Counted from the whole stretch's first letter, positions 28,405 through 42,551 are shown. The stretch is 63,316 nt of DNA, filler included, from Octopus bimaculoides (GCF_001194135.2; 5 parts of 5 records of this genome joined end to end with filler, not necessarily neighbours in it), one strand, 5' to 3'. Made by a program: numbers and translations. The notes: generated by a model from the sequence alone, not told the origin.

Positions 28405-28945
28405 AACCGTGGTGAGAAATTTACTTCCCAGCCGCATGGCTCCAGATTCAGTGCCACTATGTGGCAACCTGGGTAAGTGTATTCCACTTTGGCCTGGTCA
28501 ATAGATTTGATAGACAAAAACTGGCAGAAACGTTAGCACGCCGGGCGAAATGCTTGGCAGCATTTCGTCTGCCGCTACGTTTTGAGTTCAAATTCTGCCA
28601 AGGTCGACTTTGCCTTTCATCCTTTTGGGGTCAATAAATAAAGTACCAGTTATGCACTGGGGTCGATGTAATCAACTTAGTCTCTTTGTCTGTCCTTGTT
28701 TGTCCCCTCTATGTTTAGCCCCTTGTGGGTAATAAAGAAACAAGAAACTGAAAGAAGCCATTGTTTGTGTGTGTATTTGTCCCCCACCAGAGCTTGGTAA
28801 CTGGTGTTAGTGTGTTTACATTACCATAATCAAGAAGTTTAGCAAAAGAGACTGATAGAATAAGCACGAAACTTAACAAAAAAAAGGACTGTGGTTGATT
28901 CATTTGGCTAATATTCTTCGAAGTAGTGCCCCAGCATGGCCACAG
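28405..28945 (+). mobile_element. Nested SINE cluster (degenerate head, intact SINE at 28528-28740, composite-SINE tail)
   Basis: Matches to the SINEs at 8516 and 39650. Confidence 0.75.
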
Positions 28946-29171
28946 TCTGCAGCAGATGAAGCATCACTCAATTTTTAACATCAAACAAACTATGGCTTGA
29001 TGTTGCCCAAACAAAGCAAAGCACTCAATGAAATGAAGTCATGTGCCAGTATGAGCAGGAAGCTCTCTGAACAGATGCTGCAAGAGGCACTCATCATTGC
29101 TGCATCTATGCAAGGCTGCGCAGCAGAACTGAAAAGTCACATCCATACTTCTCATGCTTAATTCTTTATAT

Positions 29172-29526
29172 TTCTTTCAGTCATTTGACTGCGGCCATAT
29201 TGGTGCACCACCTTTAGTCAAGCAAGTCGACACCATGATTTATTCTTTGTAAGCCTAGTACTTATTCTATCGGTCTCTTTTGCTGAACCACTAAGTTATG
29301 GGTTACGTAAACACACCAGCAGCAGTTGTCAAGCGATATTGAGGGACAAACACAGACACACAAACATATACACATGTACATGCATACATACATACATACA
29401 AACAAAAATATCCTATTGATGTTGAAATTCCAATGAAGGAGCCTTGGATCTAGGTTAGAAACCGACTCTTTCTCTAATGGCAAGAAAACTTAAAATAAAA
29501 CAGAACAATGACATACATACATACAT

Positions 29527-29566
<40 letters not shown>

Positions 29567-29790
29567 GGCTTCTTTCAATTTCTGTCTACCAAATCCCCTC
29601 ACACGGCTNNNNNNNNNNTATATATATATATATATATATATACAATGGGCTTCTTTCAATTTCTGTCTACCAAATCCCCTCACACGGCTTTGGTCAGCCC
29701 GAGGCTATAGTAGAAGACACTTTGCCCAAAGTACCATGCAGTGGGACTGAACCCAGAACCATGTAGCTGGTAACCAAGCTACTTACCACA
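29172..29790 (-). mobile_element. Composite SINE interrupted by a short repeat insert and a 10-N gap
   Basis: Tail at 29172-29400 and head at 29560-29790 match the copy at 21930. Confidence 0.8.
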
Positions 29791-29869
29791 CATACAGTGA
29801 ACAAGCTTGCAATGGCATTGGCTGAGATCAAATTTCAGTCATCATGTACAGTACATATACATGAATGTG

Positions 29870-30110
29870 CGGAGGCCTGTAGCTTAGTGGTTAGGGCGTT
29901 GCACTCATGATTGTAAAATTGTGGGTTTGATTCCTGAACCAGGCAATATGTTGTATTCTTGAGCAGATCACTTCATTTCACACTGCTCCAGCCCCTACAG
30001 TAGGCAAAAATGAATAATCCTGTGATGGATTGTCACCCTGTTCAGAAGGGTGGAATATATACACCACAAGATCCAGGAAACCAGCTATATATACGAGCTT
30101 GTGGTTTGCA
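29870..30110 (+). mobile_element. Second tRNA-derived SINE family
   Basis: A-box tagcttagtgg and B-box-like ggtttgattcc, followed by a cctgtgatgga...ggaaacc central domain. Confidence 0.65.
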
Positions 30111-31512
30111 AAGGCCCTTTGATCCCCCCTTTTTTTTATGCAAGTGTAATGTGGTCTCTGGACCATTATGTTGTCATTAAATTTACATCTACTACCCTCC
30201 AGCATTTCTTTTCTCCCTCATCTCTTACTTATTCCCTCTGCTATCATTGTACCAATTTGCATATGTAACAAATACACAAACACACACACACGCACACAAA
30301 TTTACCTATAAGCTTACATATATATATAAAGGAAAATGATTAAGCTTGTGTGTGTCTGCATGCATATTTGTGTGTTTGTATGTGTCCTCATGTAATTGTG
30401 TGAATCCTTGTATGCATGCATATGTGTATTGTATCAATAATTGGGCTCTACCTCACACACATACACTCAAACACACAAACTCACACATAGCCAACAGCTA
30501 TAAACTTTCCCCTCTATACTTTCCTAAACACAATTATAAAACTCTAAATACAGAATCAAAACTATTCACACATTCACATCCTCCCATTTCTACACACAAA
30601 CCTATGCGTGTACACAAAACTTTACGCACATAAAAGTGTCTGTACAGTTTGATATATTCACTAAGATGATGAAATATAGCAAAACTATACAAATTTTGAT
30701 TACATCTTTCTAGAGAAGAATAAAAAAGAAATATAGATATTTTTGAAAATATAATTACAATATAGAATTGGTTCGATTTAATTGGAGAGACATTTTAAGA
30801 CTAAGCTGTTTATGTTTGCAAAGCCCATTTATTAAATTGATAGTAGGTTTGTATATGTATGTATATATGTATGTATATATGTATGTACGTATGTATGTAT
30901 ATATATACATATAGATATATGTATATGCTTATATATGTATGCATATAAAAATATACATTTATATACATATACATATATGTATGCATGCATATGAGTATAT
31001 ATATGTGGTGTGTATGTGTGTGTGTGTATACATGTATCTACATGTGTGTTTATATTTATGTGTGTGTGTTTGTGTGTAATTCTGTATATATACCTATACG
31101 TATGTAAATATCACCTTAAGTTTTTTAATACGTAAATATATAATTAAATTCATACAAATACAAACGCACATGCGCACACATACATCATTATGCATATAAT
31201 AACTACACACATACTTATATAATTACGCTTAGACACACTCACGCACACATAGAGTGACAGAGAGAGTGAGAGATAGACAGACAGACAGACAGACAGACAA
31301 ACAAACAGACAGACAGACAGGCAGATAGATAGATAGATAGATCGATAGATAGATAGGCAAACAGATAGATTAGATAGATAAGCAGACAGACAGATAGATA
31401 GACAGTTAGATAGATATAGACATATACATGTATGTACATAATGTGTATATATATCGATATATATGTATGTATATGTTTGTATTTATGTATGTATGTGTAT
31501 ATTATATATATA

Positions 31513-31570
<58 letters not shown>

Positions 31571-31922
31571 NNNNNNNNNNNNNNNNNNNNNNNNNNNNNN
31601 NNNNNNNNNNNNNNNNNNNNNNNNNNNNNNNNNNNNNNNNNNNNNNNNNNNNNNNNNNNNNNNNNNNNNNNNNNNNNNNNNNNNNNNNNNNNNNNNNNNN
31701 NNNNNNNNNNNNNNNNNNNNNNNNNNNNNNNNNNNNNNNNNNNNNNNNNNNNNNNNNNNNNNNNNNNNNNNNNNNNNNNNNNNNNNNNNNNNNNNNNNNN
31801 NNNNNNNNNNNNNNNNNNNNNNNNNNNNNNNNNNNNNNNNNNNNNNNNNNNNNNNNNNNNNNNNNNNNNNNNNNNNNNNNNNNNNNNNNNNNNNNNNNNN
31901 NNNNNNNNNNNNNNGTGCATAT

Positions 31923-31971
<49 letters not shown>

Positions 31972-32015
31972 ATATATATACATATATATATGTATTTATG
32001 TATGTATGTGCATAT

Positions 32016-32049
<34 letters not shown>

Positions 32050-32229
32050 AACATATATATACATATATATATATGCATACATATGTATATATCTATATGA
32101 ATGTGTGTAGATACGCACAAACAAATATATGTGTTTTATGTGTGTGTCTTGCTCTGTATATGTGCCTCTATAAAACAACTTTACATTCTGTGTAATTTAG
32201 CTAGCAACATTTGAAATTATTGTAGACAG

Positions 32230-32600
32230 TAAAACTATTTTCTGCAAGCTTGTCTTTTATTGATTCTTCTTAAATGGCACATCTTCAGTTAAAATCCCAT
32301 TGAAAGCAAGGATTAAATTGTGCAAATCTTTGTTAAAAAGGGATAATTACTATTTTCTTCACGTCCAGGGGGTACAAACATTGATTGCTAACTTGATGCT
32401 AAATCGACTTTATATTCATTCCACTGCGAAAATATAATCTCTATAACGTCTTTGGCTGTATTTTTCAAGCCATTGTTATTTTAGACATTTCTCTGCTGTT
32501 ATCTTCAGTAAAATAACGCATTGAAAAGTTCTAAATTACCAGTCATGATAATAACAGGTTGTTTAAATTGTTTACAATTGGCAGTTAGCATTTCATTCAA
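32230..32600 (-). mobile_element. Possible hAT transposase C-terminal remnant
   Basis: FSQWNEYK...NYPFLTKICTI...LAFNGILTEDVPFKKNQ loosely recalls the hAT dimerisation motif YP.L...A..L..LP.SNA..ERVFS; many stops. Confidence 0.3.
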
Positions 32601-33185
32601 ATTTCTATACATCGGTAAGTTAGGGAAAATTTAAGGGTAAAAATAAAATAACAATGGTGAAGATGAAATTTTGCAATATGACTGTTGATTTTGTACTAAG
32701 GCAGACAGGTAGATTGGTAGAGGGGTAGAATGGTAGAGAGGTACAGAGAGAGAGAGAAAGAGAAAGATACACTGGTAGAAAGATAGCTCGAGACAAAATT
32801 AAAGTGTAGTAAGTTTGCGGAATAAAAGGTGGAGAGATAGAAATGTAGAGAGATATTGATAGAAAGATAGAGGAGTAGAGTGGCAGAGGGGCAATGGAGA
32901 AGAGTAGCAGAAAAGTACAATGGTAGAGGCAGAAAGGTAGAGATGTAGGAGTAGGAATGTAAAGTGGTAGACTGTGGAAAGGTAGAAATGTAGAATAATA
33001 GAGAGGAGGAGTGATAAAGAAGATGGAATAAATTGTAGAAAGGGTGAGTGGTTGATAGGCAGTGAGATAAAGTAGTAGAAAGTAAGATATGCAGAGAAAT
33101 AGAGGAATAGAATTGTTGAGAGTAATGTAGAAATGCAGAGATATAGTGAGGTGGAGAAATAAAGCAGTATTGATGTTACTCTTTT

Positions 33186-33370
33186 ACTCTTTTACTTGTT
33201 TCAGTCATTTGACTGTGGCCATGCTGGGGCACCGCCTTTAATCGAGCAAATCGACCCCAGGACTTATTCTTTGTAAGCCTAGTACTTATTCTATCGGTTT
33301 CTTTTGCTGAACCGCTAAGTTACAGGGACGTAAACACACTAGCATTGGTTGTCAAGCGATGGTGTGGGGA

Positions 33371-33452
<82 letters not shown>

Positions 33453-33600
33453 CATATATATGATAGTCTTCTTTCAGTTTCTGTCTACCAAATCCTCTCA
33501 CAAGGCTTTGGTCAGCCCGAGGCTATAGTAGAAGATACTTGCCCAAGGTGCCATGCAGTGGGACTGAACCCAGAACCATGTGGTTGGTAAGCAAGCCACT
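33186..33600 (-). mobile_element. tRNA-derived composite SINE
   Basis: Near-identical to the copy at 21930, with a longer (CA)n core. Confidence 0.88.
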
Positions 33601-33835
33601 CCTGTTGAGAGATAAGGCAGCAGAATGGGGAAGAGGTAAAACAGTACAGATATAAAAAGAGATAGATGGCTAGAGGAGTTACAGAGGTACAGAGAGAGAA
33701 AGATAGTAACACACAGCTATAAAATGTAGAAAGATAGAGACAGCGGAACAAAGAGATAGAAGGAAATAGAATTGGAAAAGTAGAGAGGCAGAGAGTTTAG
33801 AGGCATACAGAACAGCTGAAAAGAAGGGAGATATA

Positions 33836-34045
33836 CAGGGTGTCCACAAAGTCTGGGTACATAGAGTAAATAAAATCATAGCATAGACAATGAAATATAA
33901 GAAATAATAATTTCTTAAAGTATGTGTTAATCTCCATGTATGCAGACTGTAAATAAAATCATAACATAAACAATTAAATATAAGAAATAATAATGTCTTA
34001 AAGTATGTATTAATCCTCACGTACACAAACTTTGTGGTCACCCTG
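33836..34045. mobile_element. Tc1/mariner-type MITE (210 bp)
   Basis: TA|cagggtgtccacaaagtctgggtac ... gtacacaaactttgtggtcaccctg|TA; internal tandem duplication of about 80 bp. Confidence 0.85.
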
Positions 34046-35094
34046 TAGAATGAGAAAATGTTGTCTTCAAGGAAAATTACCATGAATGTCATTAGTCTCA
34101 TCCTTGTACAATTGGAAAACTGCTGTTTCAGGAGGAGAGATAATATTATTAATTAACTGGACCAGGAAGAATACTGAACAAGAAGGGAGATGGAAGCTTT
34201 AAAAGATTGCAACTAAAGAAAGAACTCATATTTTAAAATTTTGCTTTTCTTTTTTAGTTTCATACAAAAGAAAGATCATAGCTTTCCTTTAGATTCTAAC
34301 TCCACTTTGAATAAAATTCTATATGGAACTTACTATATGTATTGTGGAAATTGGAAAGAGATCTAAAACAATCACATATGGAGATGTAGCTTGTCCTTAG
34401 AACTTTTTAAATTTTCAACTGCCTTCCTCTCATGTTTTCCAGCCATATTTGAGCCAATATTTAAGCATACAGAAATATGTACTAAATTAGAGAAGAATAA
34501 CTAGGATACACTTTAACTTGCCTAGTAAGAGTTTAAAAGGTTGTAGTATCCTGTTAGTTCAGAAATAATGTGAAATAAATGGTGTCATGATCTTAGTGGG
34601 GTCTATTTATCCCCACTAAAAAATGAAAAATTATCCCTACTCCAGACAATGGGTTCAGAATTTATATCCGTGAAGCTCTGAAGACTCAACATTTTTAGGC
34701 TCATGATACTCATAAACTCTCTCTCTCTCTCTCACTCTCTCTCTCTCTCTCTCTCTCTCATGCACACATTCCTACTAAGACTTTTGGCTTCTAAAAAGCT
34801 TAACTCTTACATGCTCGACATAAACCGTTGGGTATGATTTCAGTGAGAAATGCACAGGAGAGGGTTCTGTAGGAAGAAAGAAAATGGACCTTCAAATTTA
34901 AACACATTGCCTACATGCTTCCCAGGGGCACCCTAGTCTTCTCTTTAATCTTTTCGAAGTTTTACATCAAAACCCCTCTCCCAAACATTCCCCAAAATTT
35001 ATATCATTTCAATTCCTATTCCAACTTCAGCTGCAATATTTTTAAGCTTCCTCTCCTTGATTTCCAGGTTCAATTAATCAAGAATTACTCTCTT

Positions 35095-35291
35095 TTACTC
35101 TTTTACTTGTTTCAGTCATTTGACTGCAGCCATCTTGGAGCACCACCTTTAGTCGAGCAAATCGACCCCAGGACTTATTCTTTGGAAGCCTAGTACTTAT
35201 TCTATCGGTCTCTTTTGTCGAACCGCTACGTTTACGGGTGACATAAACACACCACCATTGATTGTCAAGCGATGGTGGGGGGACAAACACA

Positions 35292-35357
<66 letters not shown>

Positions 35358-35520
35358 CGATGGGCTTCTTTCAGTTTCCGTCTACCAAATCCACTCACAA
35401 GGCTTTGGTCAGCCCGAGGCCATAGTAGAAGACACTTGCCCAAGGTGCCATGCAGTGGGACTGAACCCGGAACCATGTGGTTGGTAAGCAAGCTACTTAC
35501 CACACAGCCACTCCTGCGCC
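35095..35520 (-). mobile_element. Full-length tRNA-derived composite SINE
   Basis: Complete head GGCGCAGGAGTGGCTGTGTGGTAAG...GGTTCAGTCCC (A and B boxes), microsatellite core and tail. Confidence 0.9.
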
Positions 35521-36445
35521 TATTAATCACTCCTAGCCTCAATTTTTTGTCCTGCTAGTCCACTCTTCTTACAGGCAACACATTTTGCAGCTAAGTATTA
35601 ATTGTTATTGAAACAAGCCGAAAAAGAAACATAAATGATTTTTTAAAATTAGTAGTAGGTTTTTCAAAATGTCTAAACTCTATACAAAACCAAATGTTAT
35701 AAACTGACACAAGGTAAATTATATACAGATGCCAATGAAGAACTTGAAATGAAGGAGAAATATATGAATAAACTGATTGATGACAACCAAAAAGCAGTAC
35801 AGGAAATATGAGTTCAACCTGCTTCAGACTAAAGGAGTCTGTGTATGTTCACATTCTCAAGAAGAATTCTTAAGTACACTGTATATCTCCTCATAGATCA
35901 CACCTAAGAAGTGCTTAATAAAATTCTGACAAAGCAAGCATCAGATGACTGGCTTTTATACTTTGGATGTTTTAATGTATTTTTTTAAAGATCTTTTTGG
36001 GTTTTTTTTGTTCCAATGATACTGAAATGCAAATAAATATTTTTTAAATCATTTAAATAAAAGTAAAAAAAAATTTTTCATGTACTACATGTAACAATGA
36101 TATATATTTTAATGCCCAATAATATATCTAATTAATTTGACCTTATGTAATTCAGAGTCCTAAATTTGGTACCAAGTAGTCATATCTGTTTTCATAATTA
36201 ATTGATCAATTTTTACAATTTGGTTTGCAGACAAATACAGAAAACAATTATTGCCTTAACAATTAAAATCCTATCTTGGAAAATGACAAGTGGAATTTCT
36301 TTTTAATGAGCTTAAATTGGCATATTCATCCTTTAAATCTAAAAATAATCAATTTACTAAAGAGGTGGCCAATGTACACACATACTCAAACACATGCATT
36401 CAAGTAAATATACAAGCATACACACACATATGCATGTACTTGTAT

Positions 36446-36480
<35 letters not shown>

Positions 36481-37189
36481 TCCTTTATGCTCTTCCTTCA
36501 CTTCTCTTGTAAGTGATCACACCTATACATATACATAGAACTAATTTTCAGACAGACTGAAGCACACCTGAAGGAGAGAGGGTATGTCACTGATGGGGTC
36601 ACAAATGGTAATTGAAAGGATTTTGGCAAACAACTGCCAAATTAAATAAATAATCAATTAGTTTGTAGGTTAAGTAACTAACCAATTGACTAATAATAAA
36701 GAAGTGAAACTGAACCACTGTGTGTATGCGTGTGCTTATTAGTGTAATGACACTCTCAAATTACAGCAAAATTTGTTTCAACACATGAGTTCATATCAAG
36801 AATCTTGCAAACCAAATACAAAAATCATCTAAAAATAATCTTATTTTCAAATATTTTTGGTGTTTTATTAAATTTGAATGCAAAATATTGCTTTGTTCAT
36901 AAACTTGCACCAAAAACTAATACTTTTTCCACTTGACAGTTGCATCTAAAAAGCTGATTTTGTTTTCACCTAAAATCCACTTTCTTTATATAATTTATTA
37001 AATATTCATACCTTCAAAATATTGTAAAATCTGAAAATGTTTTAGCTTGTACAATGCCATCATCCAAAGAGCAAAAAAAAAGAAAAACAAACCATATCGT
37101 ACACAAATTGGGTGGAACTGGAGAAAAACCAGTCAAAATAGAGAAGTAGTGCAATGTTACCCCTCTTTTCTGCATTTTTAACTTAAGTT

Positions 37190-37830
37190 TTTCTACAAAG
37201 CTTTCAATATCACAAAATTTATTCATGATCACCCTACAATTTGACCTCTTTTTGCTTAATATTTTTTTTTTCTTCTTTGCCAATTTTGACATGGTTTTCA
37301 GTATTATATTCCTACCATTCAGATCTTTTAGGCAAACTTAATTATACTAATTAATTTTTCTCCAAAATAACAGAGATATGATGGCTTAAAGATTAATTTA
37401 GGTCTTACACTCATTCAAATTTGATCACTTTTTGCTTTTCGAGTTTTCTCCTACTGTAACCAATGTTGAGGAGGTTCACAGAAATAGATTTCTTTCATTG
37501 AAATCTTTCTATTAAGCATCATTATACCATTTTTATTTTTAAGTAACTGAAATATGATGATTCAAATGCAATGTCAGGCATTACTTCCTTTCCAGTTTGA
37601 CCACTTTTTGCCTGATAGGCATTTTTCTACTGCATCTATTTTAACTAGGTTTACTAAAATAGATTCCTTTCATTGAAATCTTTTAAATAAGCATAATTAT
37701 ATTAAATGATTTCTAAAAATAACAGAGATATTATGGTTTAAAGATGAATTTTAGCCTTACTCGTGTTCAAATTTAACCACTTCTTGTTCTGTTAGTATTT
37801 TCTACCACACCACTTTTGAATGAGTTTACT
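37190..37830. repeat. Diverged tandem repeat, period about 176 bp, about 3.5 copies
   Basis: The motif ataacagagatat(g/t)atgg(c/t)ttaaag recurs at 37367, about 37543 and 37719; a more diverged unit starts near 37190. Confidence 0.75.
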
Positions 37831-38060
37831 GAATTATGGCCATCATTTAATGTCTGTCTTCCAGGCTGGCATGGGTTAGATGGTTTAATAAGATCCAATG
37901 AGCTAAAGAACTGCTTTGAGCTCCAGTGTCTACTTTGGCATGGTTTCCACTGCTAGATGTCCTTCTTTATACCAACCACTTTATAAAGTGTATTGGGTGG
38001 GAGGGCTCTTTGCATATGGCTGGTACTAGTGAGGTTACCAAATAACTTGTCAGACAAAGA
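37830..38060 (-). mobile_element. RTE-type 3' tail/3' UTR fragment
   Basis: catcatttaatgtc...gctggcatgggtt is the reverse complement of the RTE tail; a similar piece lies at 43190-43330. Confidence 0.6.
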
Positions 38061-39649
38061 ACTTTCGACTGAGTAGGGTTGTAATAAAAGTGACATGGAG
38101 AGAACAAGCACTAGTGTCTACTTTGCATTATATAAGAGTGGGTGGTAGTAGCTGGAGGATATAAAAATATTGGTGACAAAGTGTCAGAGCATATTTTTAA
38201 GGTATAATGAGGTAAGTGTGAGAAAGTATGAGTATGAGAGAATGGTGGTTTACAAGAGTGTGAGGGGAGAGCGACAGATAGGGGTAGAAATGATGGTAGG
38301 GTGTACAAGTGCGGAAGTGTGGTAGATGACAAATATCAATATGTGGAGAAGACAAAAGAGATAGTGCAGGAAGGTGATAAGTGATAATACTGGAAGGAGG
38401 AAATCAGGAGTATGATAAACATTTATCTGGATCAGAAAGTAAACAGGATGAGATTCAGAGTGAAAGAGAGGTAAGGAGAGATTGTAAAGAGACAATCTTG
38501 GATGTGAGATGTTTTCAGAGTGTTAGCAGATGGGAGGAGTCCTACAATGTATCTCAGAAGAGAGGGAGAAATAACTAAATACACAGTAAAGGGTGATCTA
38601 TGGAAAGTAAAAAGTAAAAAAAGGATAATACTGAGAATGAGGGATGAATGCTTAAGAAGGTGGTTCCAAGGAGATGGAGAGGTAATTGGTAACACATAGG
38701 AGATAACATATATGCAGATTCTGCTGTTATATATTATATGACAACAGCAGCTGAATAGTGCTTCTGTTAGAAGTGTGATGGAGGGATAGTTGTTAGGAAG
38801 ATAATCGTGGGGAAAGCTTTCTGGGTACAGAAAGGATGTAGGGGTGGGCATGGTTAGTGCATAGACATAAACAGGCTTTTGAATCTCATTTTTGCCATTA
38901 CAGACAGGTCTTCTTGAGCACAGCATTGAAGCTTCTACATCTGTAAGCAAAATCCTTCAATTCTTTATTTGTAATCAAAGCATTAGGTAATCAGTGATAC
39001 TGAAGCTAAAACTGGCAAATGTTGGAGGCTATGAACACGTTTCTGTCTTATTTGAGCTCTTTCGTGTGCATAGATTTCACTGTACTTACAAAAATAATAA
39101 CGAGGGAATCATTAAATAATATATATAAGAGGAGGTGGTAAAAAAATAGAAATATTCTGAGAATTAATTTCTCTTGTAGATGTTTCTTGTGAACAAAATA
39201 AGCAAAGTTAAGTAGCAAGTTCTTTGTTGTTTGTGAAATTATGAAGAAAACTCTTCCAATATTATGCAATGACTAGTGAACAGATGACCTTCATAATGCT
39301 AACTACATGATCTGAGAAATAATAATAGCTATCACCTGCTGGTAATAAACTAGACAATAAATAAAGTAACAAAGTAATGTACTCCACTTCTAGTCATTTG
39401 ACCAGCACTCCCTTCTCACAACCAATTATAATTTAAACAATTCAAACTTAGAACACATTTTCTCATTAAGAACAATATTACGAAGGCATCAAAGCATTGT
39501 TGGTTTAACTTCAAAAGACACACAAGCTACACAACTCTTGTCCACCCAACACAATTGTGGTACACACTACACAAGTCTTGTGCACTCTATGTGACTCTTA
39601 TGCACACTATAACATTCTCATGCACTACTACACACACACTTACACAAGC

Positions 39650-40007
39650 ACATGGGTTCTACAGTGTGGAACCTTGGGCAAGTGACTTATAGTATAGCCT
39701 CGGGCCGACCAAAGCCTTGTGAGTGAATTTGGTAGGCAGAAACTGAAAGAAGCCCGTCATATATATGTATATATAAATATATATATGCATGTGTCTGTAT
39801 ATATTTGTGTGTCTGTGTCCCCCTCCCCCAACATCGCTTGACAACCGATGCTGGTGTGTTGAGGTCCCTGTAACTTAGCGGTTCGGCAAAAGTGACCGAC
39901 AGAATAAGTACTAGGCATCCAAATAATAAGTCCTGGGGTCGATTTGCTCGACTAAAGGCGGTGCTCCAGCATGGCCACAGTCAAATGACTGAAACAAGTA
40001 AAAGAGT
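39650..40007 (+). mobile_element. tRNA-derived composite SINE (5'-truncated head)
   Basis: ccttgggcaagtg...gaaagaagcccgtc, microsatellite, and tail ggcggtgctccagcatggccacagtcaaatgactgaaacaagtaaaagagta. Confidence 0.88.
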
Positions 40008-40827
40008 AGTAACTGGAAAGAAGATAAAGATGGTAGTGATGGGCTGAAATGATTGAACCAATCATTATGTATTTACTAATGATTACCGCTAGGGTAACAG
40101 AAGTAGAACCCCAATTTAAATATTATGTCAGGGCTGAGATGTCTTTGCGTGGGCTGAATTGTTCTTTAAAAGAAAATTTTTAAAAGGCCAGCTTTTTTTA
40201 AAGAAAAGAATGAACAAAAACAAAAGATAACAAAACCTTTTTTTTTTTTCTTTGATCTCTGTTCATTCATTTAAATTAATCAAGTAACATACTCTTAATT
40301 AAATTTAAATACTGCAGAGATGTCTTGTTTAGTAATTCTAAGCATTTTCTTAATTTGTTTGCTAATTTTCAATAATTAAGTGATTTATCGTTAATTGTGA
40401 ATAATTAAGTGCTGTATTGTTTATTAATTTAAAATTTGTATAACTTTGTTGTTTATTAATTTTAAATAATTGTGATTTATTGTTTATAAATTCNNNNNNN
40501 NNNNNNNNNNNNNNNNNNNNNNNNNNNNNNNNNNNNNNNNNNNNNNNNNNNNNNNNNNNNNNNNNNNNNNNNNNNNNNNNNNNNNNNNNNNNNNNNNNNN
40601 NNNNNNNNNNNNNNNNNNNNNNNNNNNNNNNNNNNNNNNNNNNNNNNNNNNNNNNNNNNNNNNNNNNNNNNNNNNNNNNNNNNNNNNNNNNNNNNNNNNN
40701 NNNNNNNNNNNNNNNNNNNNNNNNNNNNNNNNNNNNNNNNNNNNNNNNNNNNNNNNNNNNNNNNNNNNNNNNNNNNNNNNNNNNNNNNNNNNNNNNNNNN
40801 NNNNNNNNNNNNNNNNNNNNNNNNNNN

Positions 40828-40899
<72 letters not shown>

Positions 40900-41416
40900 G
40901 GTCTGAGCACCGTCACAGATGGTTGGTTAGGTTAATGTGAGACATTATCAGTGTAGATGATGATGGTAATACTGCTGCTGGTGATGAAGATGATGATGAT
41001 GTTGTGGAGGTGGAGGAGGAAGAATGGGGAGAAGAGGGAGAGACGGGAGGAGAATGACGATGAGAAGAAAGACAGCATTGATGATAATGAAGAAGATGAT
41101 GTTTATAATAATGATGATGAGGATGGGGTTAAAACTGGCAATAATGGAAGCCTAAAAATTATGGGTACTTTTTGTTTATATTGTGGAAAGACAGGGTGAG
41201 TGTCTGAGAAAAGAAAGTGTTACCTTTTTTCTTTTATTTGTTTTATTTATATCGCTTTTTGTCTTGTATTCCTTTGTAGAACTAAAACTCAGAAACTCTA
41301 TAAAAATGTCGAACAAAAATGAAAATAAATGAACACACACAAAAATAGATTGGCATGGACTGAACAACGTACTTGCTAAATTAAAAGTGGGTTTTCATAT
41401 ACAGATACATACACAA

Positions 41417-41471
<55 letters not shown>

Positions 41472-41843
41472 NNNNNNNNNNNNNNNNNNNNNNNNNNNNN
41501 NNNNNNNNNNNNNNNNNNNNNNNNNNNNNNNNNNNNNNNNNNNNNNNNNNNNNNNNNNNNNNNNNNNNNNNNNNNNNNNNNNNNNNNNNNNNNNNNNNNN
41601 NNNNNNNNNNNNNNNNNNNNNNNNNNNNNNNNNNNNNNNNNNNNNNNNNNNNNNNNNNNNNNNNTGCATGTACGTATGTATGTACATATGTATGTGTATA
41701 TGTGTGCGTAAATGTGTATTTCTGGTTTCTTATTTATTTCAGTTTCACTTCATCTTTCCATCTATATTATTCATAATTTACTCATTTATATTTTCTTTGT
41801 CTTTTTTTTTTAACTTTTTTTTTTTAAATATATCTACAATATC

Positions 41844-41892
<49 letters not shown>

Positions 41893-42386
41893 TTTTGCTA
41901 TTTGTTTATTTGTAAAAATAAAAGATGAAAACAAAGAGAAAAAATATCAAGTTAAAGCAGGTAAATACCAACTAATTCGCAATTCCAGAGACTTGCCGGG
42001 GCCAAGCATAAGTTACTCCTTGATTATTGTGTGAGTTAACAAGTTTCTAGAGATAATCACATTTTCATAAGGATTTCAGTCTTGTTAAGGTAATTAAAGA
42101 AAAAAAACAAAAGGAAAAAATTTAACTAAAAATATATAAGTAAAACTGCACAGGGAGATATATTAAAAAATAGATAACAAAAAAAAAAAGACACATTTTC
42201 TGAAAATGTAAATGAAAGAATATTATAAGAAAGGAAAACGAAAAATATATATATATAATGTTGATGATAATGATAATAATAATGATAATGACAGTAATAA
42301 GAAGAAGAAACAAAATTGAAAGAAGAAGAAAGAAAAAGAAGAAATAAACTTCGAAATATGTAACTTCAATTACATGTATTTGAAGT

Positions 42387-42461
<75 letters not shown>

Positions 42462-42513
42462 TCATGTGTGTGTGTGAAAATATCTATCCGTTTGTACATC
42501 TCTATCTAGCTGT

Positions 42514-42551
<38 letters not shown>

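Noticed and set aside
29556-29688. Apparent direct duplication of about 55 bp
   Set aside because: Identical copies flank a 10-N gap, typical of an unmerged contig overlap.
35440-35520. tRNA gene
   Set aside because: A and B boxes are present, but the sequence continues into SINE body in multiple copies and I see no complete cloverleaf.
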